A stretch of 64,000 bases of DNA from Flavobacterium sp. (GTDB lineage: Bacteria; Bacteroidota; Bacteroidia; Flavobacteriales; Flavobacteriaceae), in NCBI RefSeq assembly GCF_046073885.1, contig NZ_JBJTND010000021.1, positions 14,869-78,868 on the forward strand, in the 5' to 3' direction. Numbering within the stretch: position 1 is the stretch's first letter; each line of letters begins with the position of its first letter. The notes under the pieces are model-generated. The model was not told the origin of the DNA. It did not search any database and saw nothing but the letters and a program-made list of their open reading frames with translations. Position numbers and translations under genes: made by a program. Below, one piece after another: positions 31,172 through 39,993 of the stretch.

Positions 31172-31780
31172 ATGTATTCCAATTTATCTAAAACCCTAGA
31201 AATTACCTCTAAAATATCTGTTTCCGATGAACGAAAAGAGTTTTTACAACCATTAATTGATTACATTCAAAACAAAGTAACTACGAATCAAGAAATTCGT
31301 TTGAATTTTATTTGTACCCACAATTCAAGGAGAAGTCATTTGTCACAAATATGGGCACAAACTATGGCTTTTCAATTTCAAATTGATAAAGTTTTCTGTT
31401 ATTCGGGTGGGACAGAGGCAACAGCAATGTTTCCTAAAGTTGCCGAAACCTTAATAAAACAAGGATTTCAAATTCAGAAATTAAATGATGAAAAAAATCC
31501 CGTTTATGCTATAAAATATGATGAAAATAAAGCTCCGATAATTTGTTTTTCAAAAACTTATGGAGATGATTTTAATCCTAAAACAAGTTTTGGTGCAATT
31601 ATGACTTGTGATAATGCCGATGAAGGTTGCCCAATGGTTTTTGGAGCGGAAGCGCGATTTCCAATAAAATACAATGATCCCAAAGCTTTTGATGGAACCG
31701 ATTTAATGGATTTAAAATATGCGGAAAGAAGTTTAGAAATAGCCTCAGAAATGTACTTTGTTTTTAGTCAAATTAAATAA
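31172..31780 (+). CDS. arsC: LMW-PTP-type (thioredoxin-coupled) arsenate reductase-like protein
   Basis: P-loop CTHNSRRS (CX5R-S). A second Cys pair, CDNADEGC, has the 7-residue spacing of the Cys82/Cys89 relay. About 45 aa of N-terminal extension. The start is moved to the ATG just after the upstream stop. Confidence 0.7.
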   Translation: MYSNLSKTLEITSKISVSDERKEFLQPLIDYIQNKVTTNQEIRLNFICTHNSRRSHLSQIWAQTMAFQFQIDKVFCYSGGTEATAMFPKVAETLIKQGFQIQKLNDEKNPVYAIKYDENKAPIICFSKTYGDDFNPKTSFGAIMTCDNADEGCPMVFGAEARFPIKYNDPKAFDGTDLMDLKYAERSLEIASEMYFVFSQIK

Positions 31781-31926
31781 TTAAACCAATAATAATGAAG
31801 CAATTTATACTCAAGCACAAGAAAATAGTTATTATAACTATTTCAATAACAGCATTACAATTGATCTGGGGTTTTGATCCTAAGTTTTCAATCATCAATA
31901 TAATTTGGCTGTTTGTATAAAAAAAA

Positions 31927-31943
31927 GGCTCCAATTTGGAGCC
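31927..31943. terminator. Bidirectional terminator between arsC and the small convergent gene
   Basis: GGCTCCA-ATT-TGGAGCC hairpin flanked by A6 and T6 runs. Confidence 0.75.
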
Positions 31944-31947
31944 TTTT

Positions 31948-32205
31948 TTATTTATCAATTGAGCCTAAAACCCGTTTCATAAAATCGTTTAACGCATCTT
32001 TCTTGTCCTTACCTTCCTTAATCATTTTATTTACCTCTAAAGCACCGTACATATTTGAAATTAATTCTCCAATCACTTCCAGTTCTTCATCTTTTAATGA
32101 CGGAACTTCGCAAAGATTTTCAAGAACTTCAATCGTTTCAACGATATAATCTTGATCGTTATCTTCTATAAATTGGGTAAGGTGTTTTATTACAGGTAAT
32201 TTCAT
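31948..32205 (-). CDS. Small acidic hypothetical protein, last gene of the prx-trx string
   Basis: 85 aa ORF on the same strand as prx and trx. No motif recognised. Confidence 0.5.
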   Translation of the reverse strand: MKLPVIKHLTQFIEDNDQDYIVETIEVLENLCEVPSLKDEELEVIGELISNMYGALEVNKMIKEGKDKKDALNDFMKRVLGSIDK

Positions 32206-32210
32206 TTTTT

Positions 32211-32254
32211 TAAGGTTCTAAGGTTTTGAGGTTCTGAGGATCGAAGTTTCTGAG
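32211..32254. repeat. Degenerate 8-bp tandem repeat (TRAGGTTC, about 5-6 units) in the trx / small-gene spacer
   Basis: Read directly: TAAGGTTC TAAGGTTT TGAGGTTC TGAGGATC GAAGTTTC TGAG. Confidence 0.7.
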
Positions 32255-32260
32255 AAAAAA

Positions 32261-32569
32261 CTATATTACTTCGTTCACTAATTCAGTTAATACTTCGGCT
32301 TTATTTGTTTGTGTTTGATTTACCAAAACACCATTTTTAAAAGTGGCAAAGGTTGGAAGGTTGTCCACTTTAGCTAATTTTCTAGATTCTGGAAATCGTT
32401 CTGCATCCACAATTAAAAACGGAATGCTCTCGTTTTGTGAAGCCAACATTTTGAATTTTGGTTTCATGATTCGGCAGTTTCCACACCAAGAAGCAGCATA
32501 TTGAACCACTACAACTGGATTTGACGCTACTAATTCTGCTAAATTGTCTTGTTCTATTTCTGCAAACAT
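32261..32569 (-). CDS. Thioredoxin-family protein with a non-canonical CGNC active site
   Basis: 102 aa. WCGNCR replaces the canonical WCGPC motif. Confidence 0.8.
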   Translation of the reverse strand: MFAEIEQDNLAELVASNPVVVVQYAASWCGNCRIMKPKFKMLASQNESIPFLIVDAERFPESRKLAKVDNLPTFATFKNGVLVNQTQTNKAEVLTELVNEVI

Positions 32570-32585
32570 AGTTTTGAGTTTAAAG

Positions 32586-32629
32586 TTTAAGGTTTAAAGT
32601 TAGAAATACATCCAACTTTAAACCTTAAA
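32586..32629 (-). other. Perfect 16-bp stem / 12-nt loop hairpin between prx and trx, with no U-tract
   Basis: TTTAAGGTTTAAAGTT ... AACTTTAAACCTTAAA. On the mRNA strand the hairpin is followed by CTTTAAACTCAAAACT and then the trx ATG. Confidence 0.7.
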
Positions 32630-32637
32630 AAATTATT

Positions 32638-33273
32638 TTAGTGAGACGCTAAATAAGAAGCAGTACTATTTCTGTCAGCGTTCATCGCATCTTTTCCTTC
32701 TTCCCAGTTTGCTGGACAAACTTCTCCTTTAGTTTGAACATGCGTGTAAGCATCAATCAAACGGATGAATTCGTTAACATTTCTACCAAGAGGCATATCA
32801 TTTACACTTTCGTGGAAAATTTTACCATCTTCATCAATTAAATAAGTAGCTCTGTATGTTACATTTGAACCTTCTAGGATTTCGTCGTTCATTTCTTCAT
32901 CGTAAACCCATTCTGCATCCAAAATTTCTAAAGCAGCAGATAAATTACGAGTTGTATCCGCAAGGATAGGATAAGTTACTCCTTCAATTCCTCCATTGTT
33001 TTTTGGTGTGTTTAACCAAGCAAAATGTACTTCGTTAGTATCACAAGATGCACCAATTACCATAGTATTTCTTTTTTCAAAATCTTGTAAAGCAGCTTGA
33101 AAAGCGTGTAATTCTGTTGGACATACAAAAGTAAAGTCTTTTGGATACCAAAATAAAAGTACTTTTTTCTTGTTTTTGGTAGCTTCTTCTAAAACGTTAA
33201 TTCTTAAATTATCTCCCATAAAAGAGATTGCATCAACGGTAATGTTTGGGAATTTTTTTCCTACTAATGACAT
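32638..33273 (-). CDS. Typical 2-Cys peroxiredoxin (AhpC/Tsa family)
   Basis: DFTFVCPTE peroxidatic Cys and a C-terminal EVCPANW resolving Cys. 211 aa. Confidence 0.95.
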   Translation of the reverse strand: MSLVGKKFPNITVDAISFMGDNLRINVLEEATKNKKKVLLFWYPKDFTFVCPTELHAFQAALQDFEKRNTMVIGASCDTNEVHFAWLNTPKNNGGIEGVTYPILADTTRNLSAALEILDAEWVYDEEMNDEILEGSNVTYRATYLIDEDGKIFHESVNDMPLGRNVNEFIRLIDAYTHVQTKGEVCPANWEEGKDAMNADRNSTASYLASH

Positions 33274-33468
33274 GGTATAAATTTTTAGTTATTAAATTAA
33301 TTTTCTGATGCAAAAATACATCGAATCCGAGCTTTCTTTTATCAATATTAATTATATATTTTTATTAAGCAATAGTTTTTTGTTATACCTTAAATATTAT
33401 TTTTTCAAAAGCAGTGGATAATATGCTATATTTGTTATTCTAAATTTAATAAAAACTAAATAGATTTC

Positions 33469-35391
33469 ATGAATTTTTCCAATTTATTTCGAAAAAAATC
33501 CATTCAAGATATACTAAACCAAGTTGCCAAAAATGAATCGGAAGGTCATCAATCGTTAGGCAAACATTTAAAAGCTATAGATTTAACTGCCTTTGGGATT
33601 GCGGCTATTATTGGTGCCGGAATTTTCAGTACCATTGGAAAAGCAAGTTTTGACGGCGGTCCTGCAGTAATTTTCTTATTCTTGTTTACAGCCATTGCCT
33701 GTAGTTTTGCGGCTTTTGCCTATGCTGAATTTGCTTCTATGGTTCCTGTTTCGGGAAGTGCTTATACCTATTCTTATGTAGCTTTTGGTGAAATTATTGC
33801 TTGGATTATAGGTTGGGCCTTAATCATGGAATATGCCATTGGGAATATTACCGTTGCGATATCCTGGAGTGACTATTTTACCGGTTTACTCGATAGTATT
33901 GGAGTGCATTTGCCCCAATGGATTCAAATGGATTACCTAACTGCATCAAACGGATTTAAAGAAGCTACTGCCTTGATGAATGGCGGTAAATCATTTGAAA
34001 ATTTATCCGAGAGTTTGCAAATGGCTTACACAGCCTTTACCACTTCTCCTACAATTGGTTCGCTTCATTTTATTGCCGATTTACCTGCTTTGTTAATCAT
34101 TATAATAATTACTGCATTGGTTTATCGAGGTATGAAAGAGTCGCGTAATGCGAGTAACTTAATGGTTGTGGTGAAACTTTGCATTATATTATTGGTTATT
34201 GCGGTTGGTATTTTTCACATCGATACTAATAACTGGCACCCATTTGCACCCAAAGGAGTAGGTGGAATTTTAAAAGGAGTATCAGCGGTTTTCTTTGCCT
34301 ATATTGGTTTTGATGCAATATCTACCACTGCCGAGGAGTGTAAAGATCCACAGCGCGATTTACCTAGAGGGATGATGTGGGCAATAATAATTTGTACTGT
34401 ATTATATATCATAATCGCTTTAGTTTTAACTGGAATGGTGAGTTATTCAACATTAAATGTTGGCGATCCATTGGCTTTTGTATTTGATAAATTGCACCTA
34501 CAATGGATGTCGGGCATAATAGGGGTAAGCGCTGTTATAGCAATGGCTTCGGTATTATTGGTTTTTCAAATGGGACAACCAAGAATTTGGATGAGTATGA
34601 GTCGCGACGGATTGTTACCTAAACGTTTCTCAAGAGTACATCCTAAATTTCAAACTCCTTCTTATGCCACTATTGTAACCGGATTTGTAGTAGCCGTACC
34701 AGCATTATTTTTGAATCTTACTATGGTAACCGATTTATGTAGCATTGGAACTTTATTCGCTTTTGTATTGGTTTGTGCGGGTGTTTTGGTTTTGCAAAAC
34801 AAACCAAATATTTCAAGAGGGAAATTTAAAACTCCATATGTGAATTCAAAATATATTTTTCCTTTATTGATAATGGTTGGAATGGTTTTCGCTTTTACAA
34901 AATTTAAACAAGAAACCATGGATTTTGTTTTCAATGAAAAGCAAATAAAAGCACCAACTGAATTCATAACGTCTATTGGTGAGGATGGAACTAAGAAAGT
35001 ATACAACTTCTTATTAGAGAAAAATATTGCTCAAGATCAATCAACCGATTTAGAGGAATTGATGAGTAAGTATTATGAAAAAGAATCCCAATATAAAGCT
35101 ATTATGGATTCGTTACCTGTTGCTGAAAATCAAAAATATGAAAGCGGTTTTAGTTTGTTTAAACATAAAATTCCAATGTGGATTTTCTTGTTTTCACTTC
35201 TTGGATTAATGGTTTGGTCATGGAAACAAAACCTTTCTTTAATTCCCTTATTGGGATTGATTTGCTGCTTGTATATGATGTCGCAGCTAAGTATTTGGAA
35301 CTGGATTTATTTTACTTGTTGGCTACTAATTGGATTGATAATTTATTTTGGCTTTAGCCACAAGAACAGCAAACTAAACACTGTAAATTAG
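33469..35391 (+). CDS. APC-superfamily amino acid permease (CAT-like) with an extended C-terminus
   Basis: 640 aa with about 12-14 TM helices. N-terminal GIAAIIGAGIF motif typical of amino acid/polyamine permeases. Confidence 0.85.
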   Translation: MNFSNLFRKKSIQDILNQVAKNESEGHQSLGKHLKAIDLTAFGIAAIIGAGIFSTIGKASFDGGPAVIFLFLFTAIACSFAAFAYAEFASMVPVSGSAYTYSYVAFGEIIAWIIGWALIMEYAIGNITVAISWSDYFTGLLDSIGVHLPQWIQMDYLTASNGFKEATALMNGGKSFENLSESLQMAYTAFTTSPTIGSLHFIADLPALLIIIIITALVYRGMKESRNASNLMVVVKLCIILLVIAVGIFHIDTNNWHPFAPKGVGGILKGVSAVFFAYIGFDAISTTAEECKDPQRDLPRGMMWAIIICTVLYIIIALVLTGMVSYSTLNVGDPLAFVFDKLHLQWMSGIIGVSAVIAMASVLLVFQMGQPRIWMSMSRDGLLPKRFSRVHPKFQTPSYATIVTGFVVAVPALFLNLTMVTDLCSIGTLFAFVLVCAGVLVLQNKPNISRGKFKTPYVNSKYIFPLLIMVGMVFAFTKFKQETMDFVFNEKQIKAPTEFITSIGEDGTKKVYNFLLEKNIAQDQSTDLEELMSKYYEKESQYKAIMDSLPVAENQKYESGFSLFKHKIPMWIFLFSLLGLMVWSWKQNLSLIPLLGLICCLYMMSQLSIWNWIYFTCWLLIGLIIYFGFSHKNSKLNTVN

Positions 35392-36011
35392 AATAATTTA
35401 TTTCTTTTTCTGTTATTATGTCTTCGGGCTTGATTGGCTAAATGAAGTTTGTTTGTTAAAATACCGCCTTCATTTCGCATTAATCCATATCGAAGATAAA
35501 GTCCGAAGAAACTCTTATTAGAATCATTATAATCACCAACAAAGTCAATATTTCCAAAGACAAACCCCAATCCAAATTTATCACTAATTTGGGCATATAG
35601 TGTAGAAGAAATTTCCATCATTATTGGTGTTTTTGAATTGAATAAATAACCGGCACCTACGGATATCTCGTTACTAAATATTCCAAATTGACAAGCATCC
35701 ATTGATACTCTAAGTTCCGTGTATTTTACGCCACTGCTATCGGCAGCCATGCGTTTAAATTCTCCAACAGCAAGTCCTAAATCTACCGATCCAATGGATC
35801 TTCCAAACTCAATGTTTCTTGTAATTCTTTGCGAGATTGTTTCGCCATTGGTGTCACTACCTGTTGTTAATGCTGTAAACATAGTTCTCCCATACCAAGA
35901 GCTACTTACTTCAGCTACACTATCTTTTTCAATATTGATACTGTCTTTTTTTATTGCTTGTGCAGAACTAATAAAAGTTGATAATAATAGTAATTTTAGA
36001 AAGCCTTTCAT
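35388..36011 (-). CDS. Hypothetical secreted, possibly beta-barrel outer-membrane protein
   Basis: Signal peptide, alternating hydrophobic pattern, and an aromatic-rich C-terminal region followed by a basic tail. No family recognised. Confidence 0.4.
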   Translation of the reverse strand: MKGFLKLLLLSTFISSAQAIKKDSINIEKDSVAEVSSSWYGRTMFTALTTGSDTNGETISQRITRNIEFGRSIGSVDLGLAVGEFKRMAADSSGVKYTELRVSMDACQFGIFSNEISVGAGYLFNSKTPIMMEISSTLYAQISDKFGLGFVFGNIDFVGDYNDSNKSFFGLYLRYGLMRNEGGILTNKLHLANQARRHNNRKRNKLF

Positions 36012-36101
36012 CAGAGTTATTTTTTGCTAAATTATAAAATTGCATTAACATCATAATAGTTTGTTACTTAATAAATGTATAATTCATTTTGTAATATTTG
36101 G

Positions 36102-36109
36102 TATATTTG
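36102..36109 (+). promoter_or_regulatory. Candidate -7 box (TATATTTG) for kdsB
   Basis: Exact TAnnTTTG match 18 nt upstream of the ATG at 36127. Confidence 0.4.
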
Positions 36110-36126
36110 CCTAAACACTATTGCAA

Positions 36127-36852
36127 ATGAAAATTATTGCTGTAATTCCGGCTCGTTATGCATCCACTCGATTTCCTGCTAAATTGATGCAAGATTTAGG
36201 AGGAAAAACTATCATTCTTAGAACCTATCAAGCAGCTATTGGTACCAATTTATTTGATGATGTTTTTGTAGTTACCGATTCGGATTTGATTTATAACGAG
36301 ATTATTTCCAATGGAGGAAAGGCTATTATGTCTATAAAAGAGCATGAGTCGGGGAGTGATCGTATTGCCGAAGCAATTACAACAATGGATGTTGATGTAG
36401 TTGTAAATGTGCAAGGTGATGAGCCGTTTATTGATAAAGATTCGTTGCAAAAAGTAGTTTCAGTATTTCAAAACGATACAACCAAATCAATTGATTTGGC
36501 CTCCATAATGAGAGAAATCAAAGATGAAAATGAAATTCAGAATCCAAATAATGTGAAAGTTGTGGTTGATCAAAATAACTTTGCCTTGTATTTTTCAAGA
36601 TCGGTAATACCGTATCCAAGGGAGAAAAATGTAGGTGTCCGCTATTTTCAGCACATCGGAATTTACGCTTTCCGCAAACAAGCCTTATTGGATTTTTCAA
36701 CATTGCCAATGAAATCATTGGAAGCATCAGAAAAATTGGAACAATTGCGCTATTTGGAATTTGGAAAACGAATTAAAATGGTCGAAACCAACCATGTTGG
36801 AATTGGAATAGACACCCCCGAAGATTTAGAAAAAGCCCGATTACTACTTTAG
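36127..36852 (+). CDS. kdsB: 3-deoxy-manno-octulosonate cytidylyltransferase (CMP-KDO synthetase)
   Basis: [19 protein letters not shown]-terminus and VNVQGDEP motif. The ATG at 36127 is preferred over the TTG at 36121. Confidence 0.93.
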   Translation: MKIIAVIPARYASTRFPAKLMQDLGGKTIILRTYQAAIGTNLFDDVFVVTDSDLIYNEIISNGGKAIMSIKEHESGSDRIAEAITTMDVDVVVNVQGDEPFIDKDSLQKVVSVFQNDTTKSIDLASIMREIKDENEIQNPNNVKVVVDQNNFALYFSRSVIPYPREKNVGVRYFQHIGIYAFRKQALLDFSTLPMKSLEASEKLEQLRYLEFGKRIKMVETNHVGIGIDTPEDLEKARLLL

Positions 36853-36861
36853 TTCATTTTA

Positions 36862-37458
36862 ATGAATTTCCTTGCTCACATTTATCTTTCTGGAGATAAC
36901 GAATTGCTCAAAATTGGAAATTTCATGGCCGATACGGTTCGCGGTAAGCGCTATTTAGATTATTCAAATGAGATTCAAAAGGGCATTTTATTGCATCGAT
37001 TCATTGATACTTACACAGATGCACACCCTATTTACCGGCAGAGTAGAAGACGCTTGTACGAAAAATACGGACATTATGCAGGAGTGATAATGGACATTGT
37101 TTATGATCATTTTTTAGCCAAAAATTGGAAGTATTATAACGAGATCGAATTGGATGTTTATGCAGCTCAATTTTATGATTCATTGAAAGAAAATTATGAG
37201 CTGCTAACTATCAAAACACAAAATTTAATGCCGTATATGATTCAGCAAAATTGGTTGGTTCAATATGTTAGTTTAGAGGGCTTGGAAACCATCTTATTTC
37301 AAATGGACCACCGCACAAAAAATAGAGTCCACATGCAGGAAGCAATTGTAGAAGTACAAGAATATTATCCCGAATTGGAATTAGAATTCACCCAATTTAT
37401 GAAAGAACTCATAGAACAATGTCAAATCAAATTAATAGAATTAGATGGGTTTTTGTAA
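36862..37458 (+). CDS. acpH: Acyl carrier protein phosphodiesterase
   Basis: MNFLAHIYLSG N-terminus characteristic of AcpH. 198 aa. Confidence 0.75.
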   Translation: MNFLAHIYLSGDNELLKIGNFMADTVRGKRYLDYSNEIQKGILLHRFIDTYTDAHPIYRQSRRRLYEKYGHYAGVIMDIVYDHFLAKNWKYYNEIELDVYAAQFYDSLKENYELLTIKTQNLMPYMIQQNWLVQYVSLEGLETILFQMDHRTKNRVHMQEAIVEVQEYYPELELEFTQFMKELIEQCQIKLIELDGFL

Positions 37459-38113
37459 CGAACTAGAAAAAGTATTTCGAGAAAATGCCAATCGCGAAAT
37501 GGCCATTCCAATGGAAAATTACATGAAAAATAATTTTCTTTATTTGGGTATAAAAACCGACGCAAGAAGAGCTCTCATGTTGCAGGTTTATAACAATAAT
37601 AAAGCGGAAGTAAAAACTCATTATCGAGAAATTTGTTGGGAATTATTCAATAAAAAAGAGCGCGAATTTCACATTTGTGCCATTGATTTGATTCAAAAAG
37701 AAATCAAGAAAAACTATCAATTGGAAGATCAAGTTTTAATTGAAAAATTATTGGTAACGCATTCCTGGTGGGATTCTGTAGATACGATTGCTAAATATTT
37801 GTTAGGTGGTTATTTGTTGCAATTTCCGGGTGAATTATATGCAATTATTGAGCGTTTTTCCAATTCTGAAAATAGGTGGCTCAATCGATCTGCAATTATT
37901 TTTCAATTGAGTTATAAAGAAAAAACAGATTTTGATTTATTGAAATCAGAATGTGAGAAACACAAAGATTCTAAAGAATTTTTCATTCAGAAAGCTATTG
38001 GATGGGCCTTACGCGATTACAGTAGGTTTAATCCTAAGGGCGTTTTGGACTTTGTGAATTCTACAAATTTAAAACCTCTTAGCGTAAGAGAAGCGATACG
38101 AAATATAAAATAG
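37445..38113 (+). CDS. DNA alkylation repair protein (AlkC/AlkD-like HEAT-repeat family)
   Basis: 222 aa. The FIQKAIGWALRDYS C-terminal motif is typical of the family. Overlaps acpH by 14 nt. Confidence 0.7.
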   Translation: MGFCNELEKVFRENANREMAIPMENYMKNNFLYLGIKTDARRALMLQVYNNNKAEVKTHYREICWELFNKKEREFHICAIDLIQKEIKKNYQLEDQVLIEKLLVTHSWWDSVDTIAKYLLGGYLLQFPGELYAIIERFSNSENRWLNRSAIIFQLSYKEKTDFDLLKSECEKHKDSKEFFIQKAIGWALRDYSRFNPKGVLDFVNSTNLKPLSVREAIRNIK

Positions 38114-38143
38114 ACTATATTTGTTTTACTAATTAAAAATACT

Positions 38144-39961
38144 ATGCCCAATAGAAAAACGGTTTCCTTAAAATTGTTTGTCCGAAGAATTTTCAGACGA
38201 ATGGAGGCTGTATTTTTTTTGGCGAAAGCCCTACTTTCGGAAAGGAATTTTATTTATTTAGCTAGTGTTGCCGTTGCTGTATCGTGTGCCTTGGCAGTAA
38301 TTATCTTGAAAAGTTTTGCACACAATGTGTTTACTTATGCCAACAAAGCCAACAGCTATTTAAAGTTGCCGTATGCTAATAGTTTGTTTCCAATATTCGG
38401 AATCGTATTAACCGTTTTTGTGGTAAAAAAATTCTTGGATGGTTCAATTGAAAAAGGAAGCTCCCGAATATTATATGCCGTTGCCAAAAAAGGCGGAATT
38501 CTTCCAAAAAAACAAATGTATGCTCAAATCATCACAAGTTCCCTAACAGTTGGAATGGGTGGTTCTGCGGGATTGGAAAGTCCAATTACCATTACTGGGG
38601 CAGCTTTCGGATCGAATTTTGCTCAAAAATATAAGCTTTCTCAAAAAGACCGAATTTTACTATTGGCTTGCGGAGTTGCCGCTGGAATAGGTGCTGCTTT
38701 TAATGCACCCATAGCCGGAGTATTATTTGCGATTGAAGTGGTACTTACGGATGCCGGTATTTCTGCTTTTATTCCGATAATAATTTCTGCTGCAACAGGT
38801 GCATTGGTTTCTGAGGTTTTGTTGAGTCGGGATGTTTTGCTTTCGTTTAAGCAAGATCTTACTTTTAATTTTCACAATACACCCTATTATATTTTGTTGG
38901 GAATCCTTGCTGGATTTGTGTCAATTTACCACGCTAGAAATTTTAGAAAAGTAGAGCATTTTTTCAGTCGATTCAAAAATAACACCTATAAGAAAGCGCT
39001 TTTTGGCGCGAGTATCTTGGCCATTTTAATTTTTTTCTTTCCTACTTTATTTGGAGAAGGGTACGAGAGTATTAAAATACTTTCCGATTCCCATCCCGAA
39101 GTGCTCTTGAACAACTCACTTTTACAAGATTATGAAAAAAATCCTTGGGTATTGTTGGCTTTTGTAGGGATGATTGTTTTATTAAAATCATTTGCTACGG
39201 GATTGACTTTGGGGTCAGGAGGTAACGGAGGTAATTTTGCACCTTCGTTATTTGTAGGTTCTTACTTAGGTTTTTTTGTAGCCAAATCCATTCATTTATT
39301 AGGATTATCCAATACTTTACCGATTGCCAATTTCACTATTGTTGGTATGGCTGGAATATTAAGCGGATTGTTTCATGCACCGCTAACCGCGATTTTCTTA
39401 ATTGGAGAAATCACGGGAGGCTATGATTTAATGGTTCCTTTGATGATTGTATCGTCTATTAGTTATGCCATTTCAAAACAATTTGACAAACATTCAATGG
39501 ATGTAAAAGCGCTTGCAGATAGGGGAGAAGTATTTACTAGTGATAAGGATAAAAACATTTTGCAAAGCATCGACTTTTTAAAATTAGTAAATGTTCATGC
39601 TGCGACCACTACTTCTGAAAAAACGTTGGAAACAATTTTGAATCTGGTTTCCACATCACAGCCGATTATACCGGTTTTGGATGAGCAAAATAAATTAGTA
39701 GGAATCATTGATTTTGATGAAATAAAATCAGTTGTATTTCATCCGTTTCGAGTAAAATTCACAACAGTACAAGAAGTGCTTACGCAACCAAAAGAAATCA
39801 TTCAGCACGATGATGGAATGGAAGCTATCATGGAAAAATTTGAAAACACCAATCAAACGATGTTACCCGTAACCAATAATGGAAAATATTACGGATTAAT
39901 TTCAAAAAGTGATCTGCTTGAAGCCTACCGCGAAAAACTAAAGGAGTTGATTATTGAATAA
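38144..39961 (+). CDS. ClC voltage-gated chloride channel family protein with C-terminal CBS pair
   Basis: GGSAGLESP and GGNFAPS selectivity-filter-type motifs, multiple TM helices and a C-terminal CBS-like domain. 605 aa. Confidence 0.88.
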   Translation: MPNRKTVSLKLFVRRIFRRMEAVFFLAKALLSERNFIYLASVAVAVSCALAVIILKSFAHNVFTYANKANSYLKLPYANSLFPIFGIVLTVFVVKKFLDGSIEKGSSRILYAVAKKGGILPKKQMYAQIITSSLTVGMGGSAGLESPITITGAAFGSNFAQKYKLSQKDRILLLACGVAAGIGAAFNAPIAGVLFAIEVVLTDAGISAFIPIIISAATGALVSEVLLSRDVLLSFKQDLTFNFHNTPYYILLGILAGFVSIYHARNFRKVEHFFSRFKNNTYKKALFGASILAILIFFFPTLFGEGYESIKILSDSHPEVLLNNSLLQDYEKNPWVLLAFVGMIVLLKSFATGLTLGSGGNGGNFAPSLFVGSYLGFFVAKSIHLLGLSNTLPIANFTIVGMAGILSGLFHAPLTAIFLIGEITGGYDLMVPLMIVSSISYAISKQFDKHSMDVKALADRGEVFTSDKDKNILQSIDFLKLVNVHAATTTSEKTLETILNLVSTSQPIIPVLDEQNKLVGIIDFDEIKSVVFHPFRVKFTTVQEVLTQPKEIIQHDDGMEAIMEKFENTNQTMLPVTNNGKYYGLISKSDLLEAYREKLKELIIE

Positions 39962-39993
39962 TTAAAAAAACAAATTCATAATTCTTAGAAACG

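Noticed and set aside
31773-32149. Small ORFs at 31773-31958 (minus strand) and 31913-32149 (plus strand) around the arsC terminator
   Set aside because: They span a bidirectional terminator hairpin or are antisense to the 85-aa gene. Their translations are low-complexity, so they are unlikely to be genes.
32211-32254. Short tandem repeats considered as a possible CRISPR or mini-array
   Set aside because: The units are 8 bp, contiguous and degenerate, with no spacers. There are no cas genes in the window. This is not a CRISPR array.
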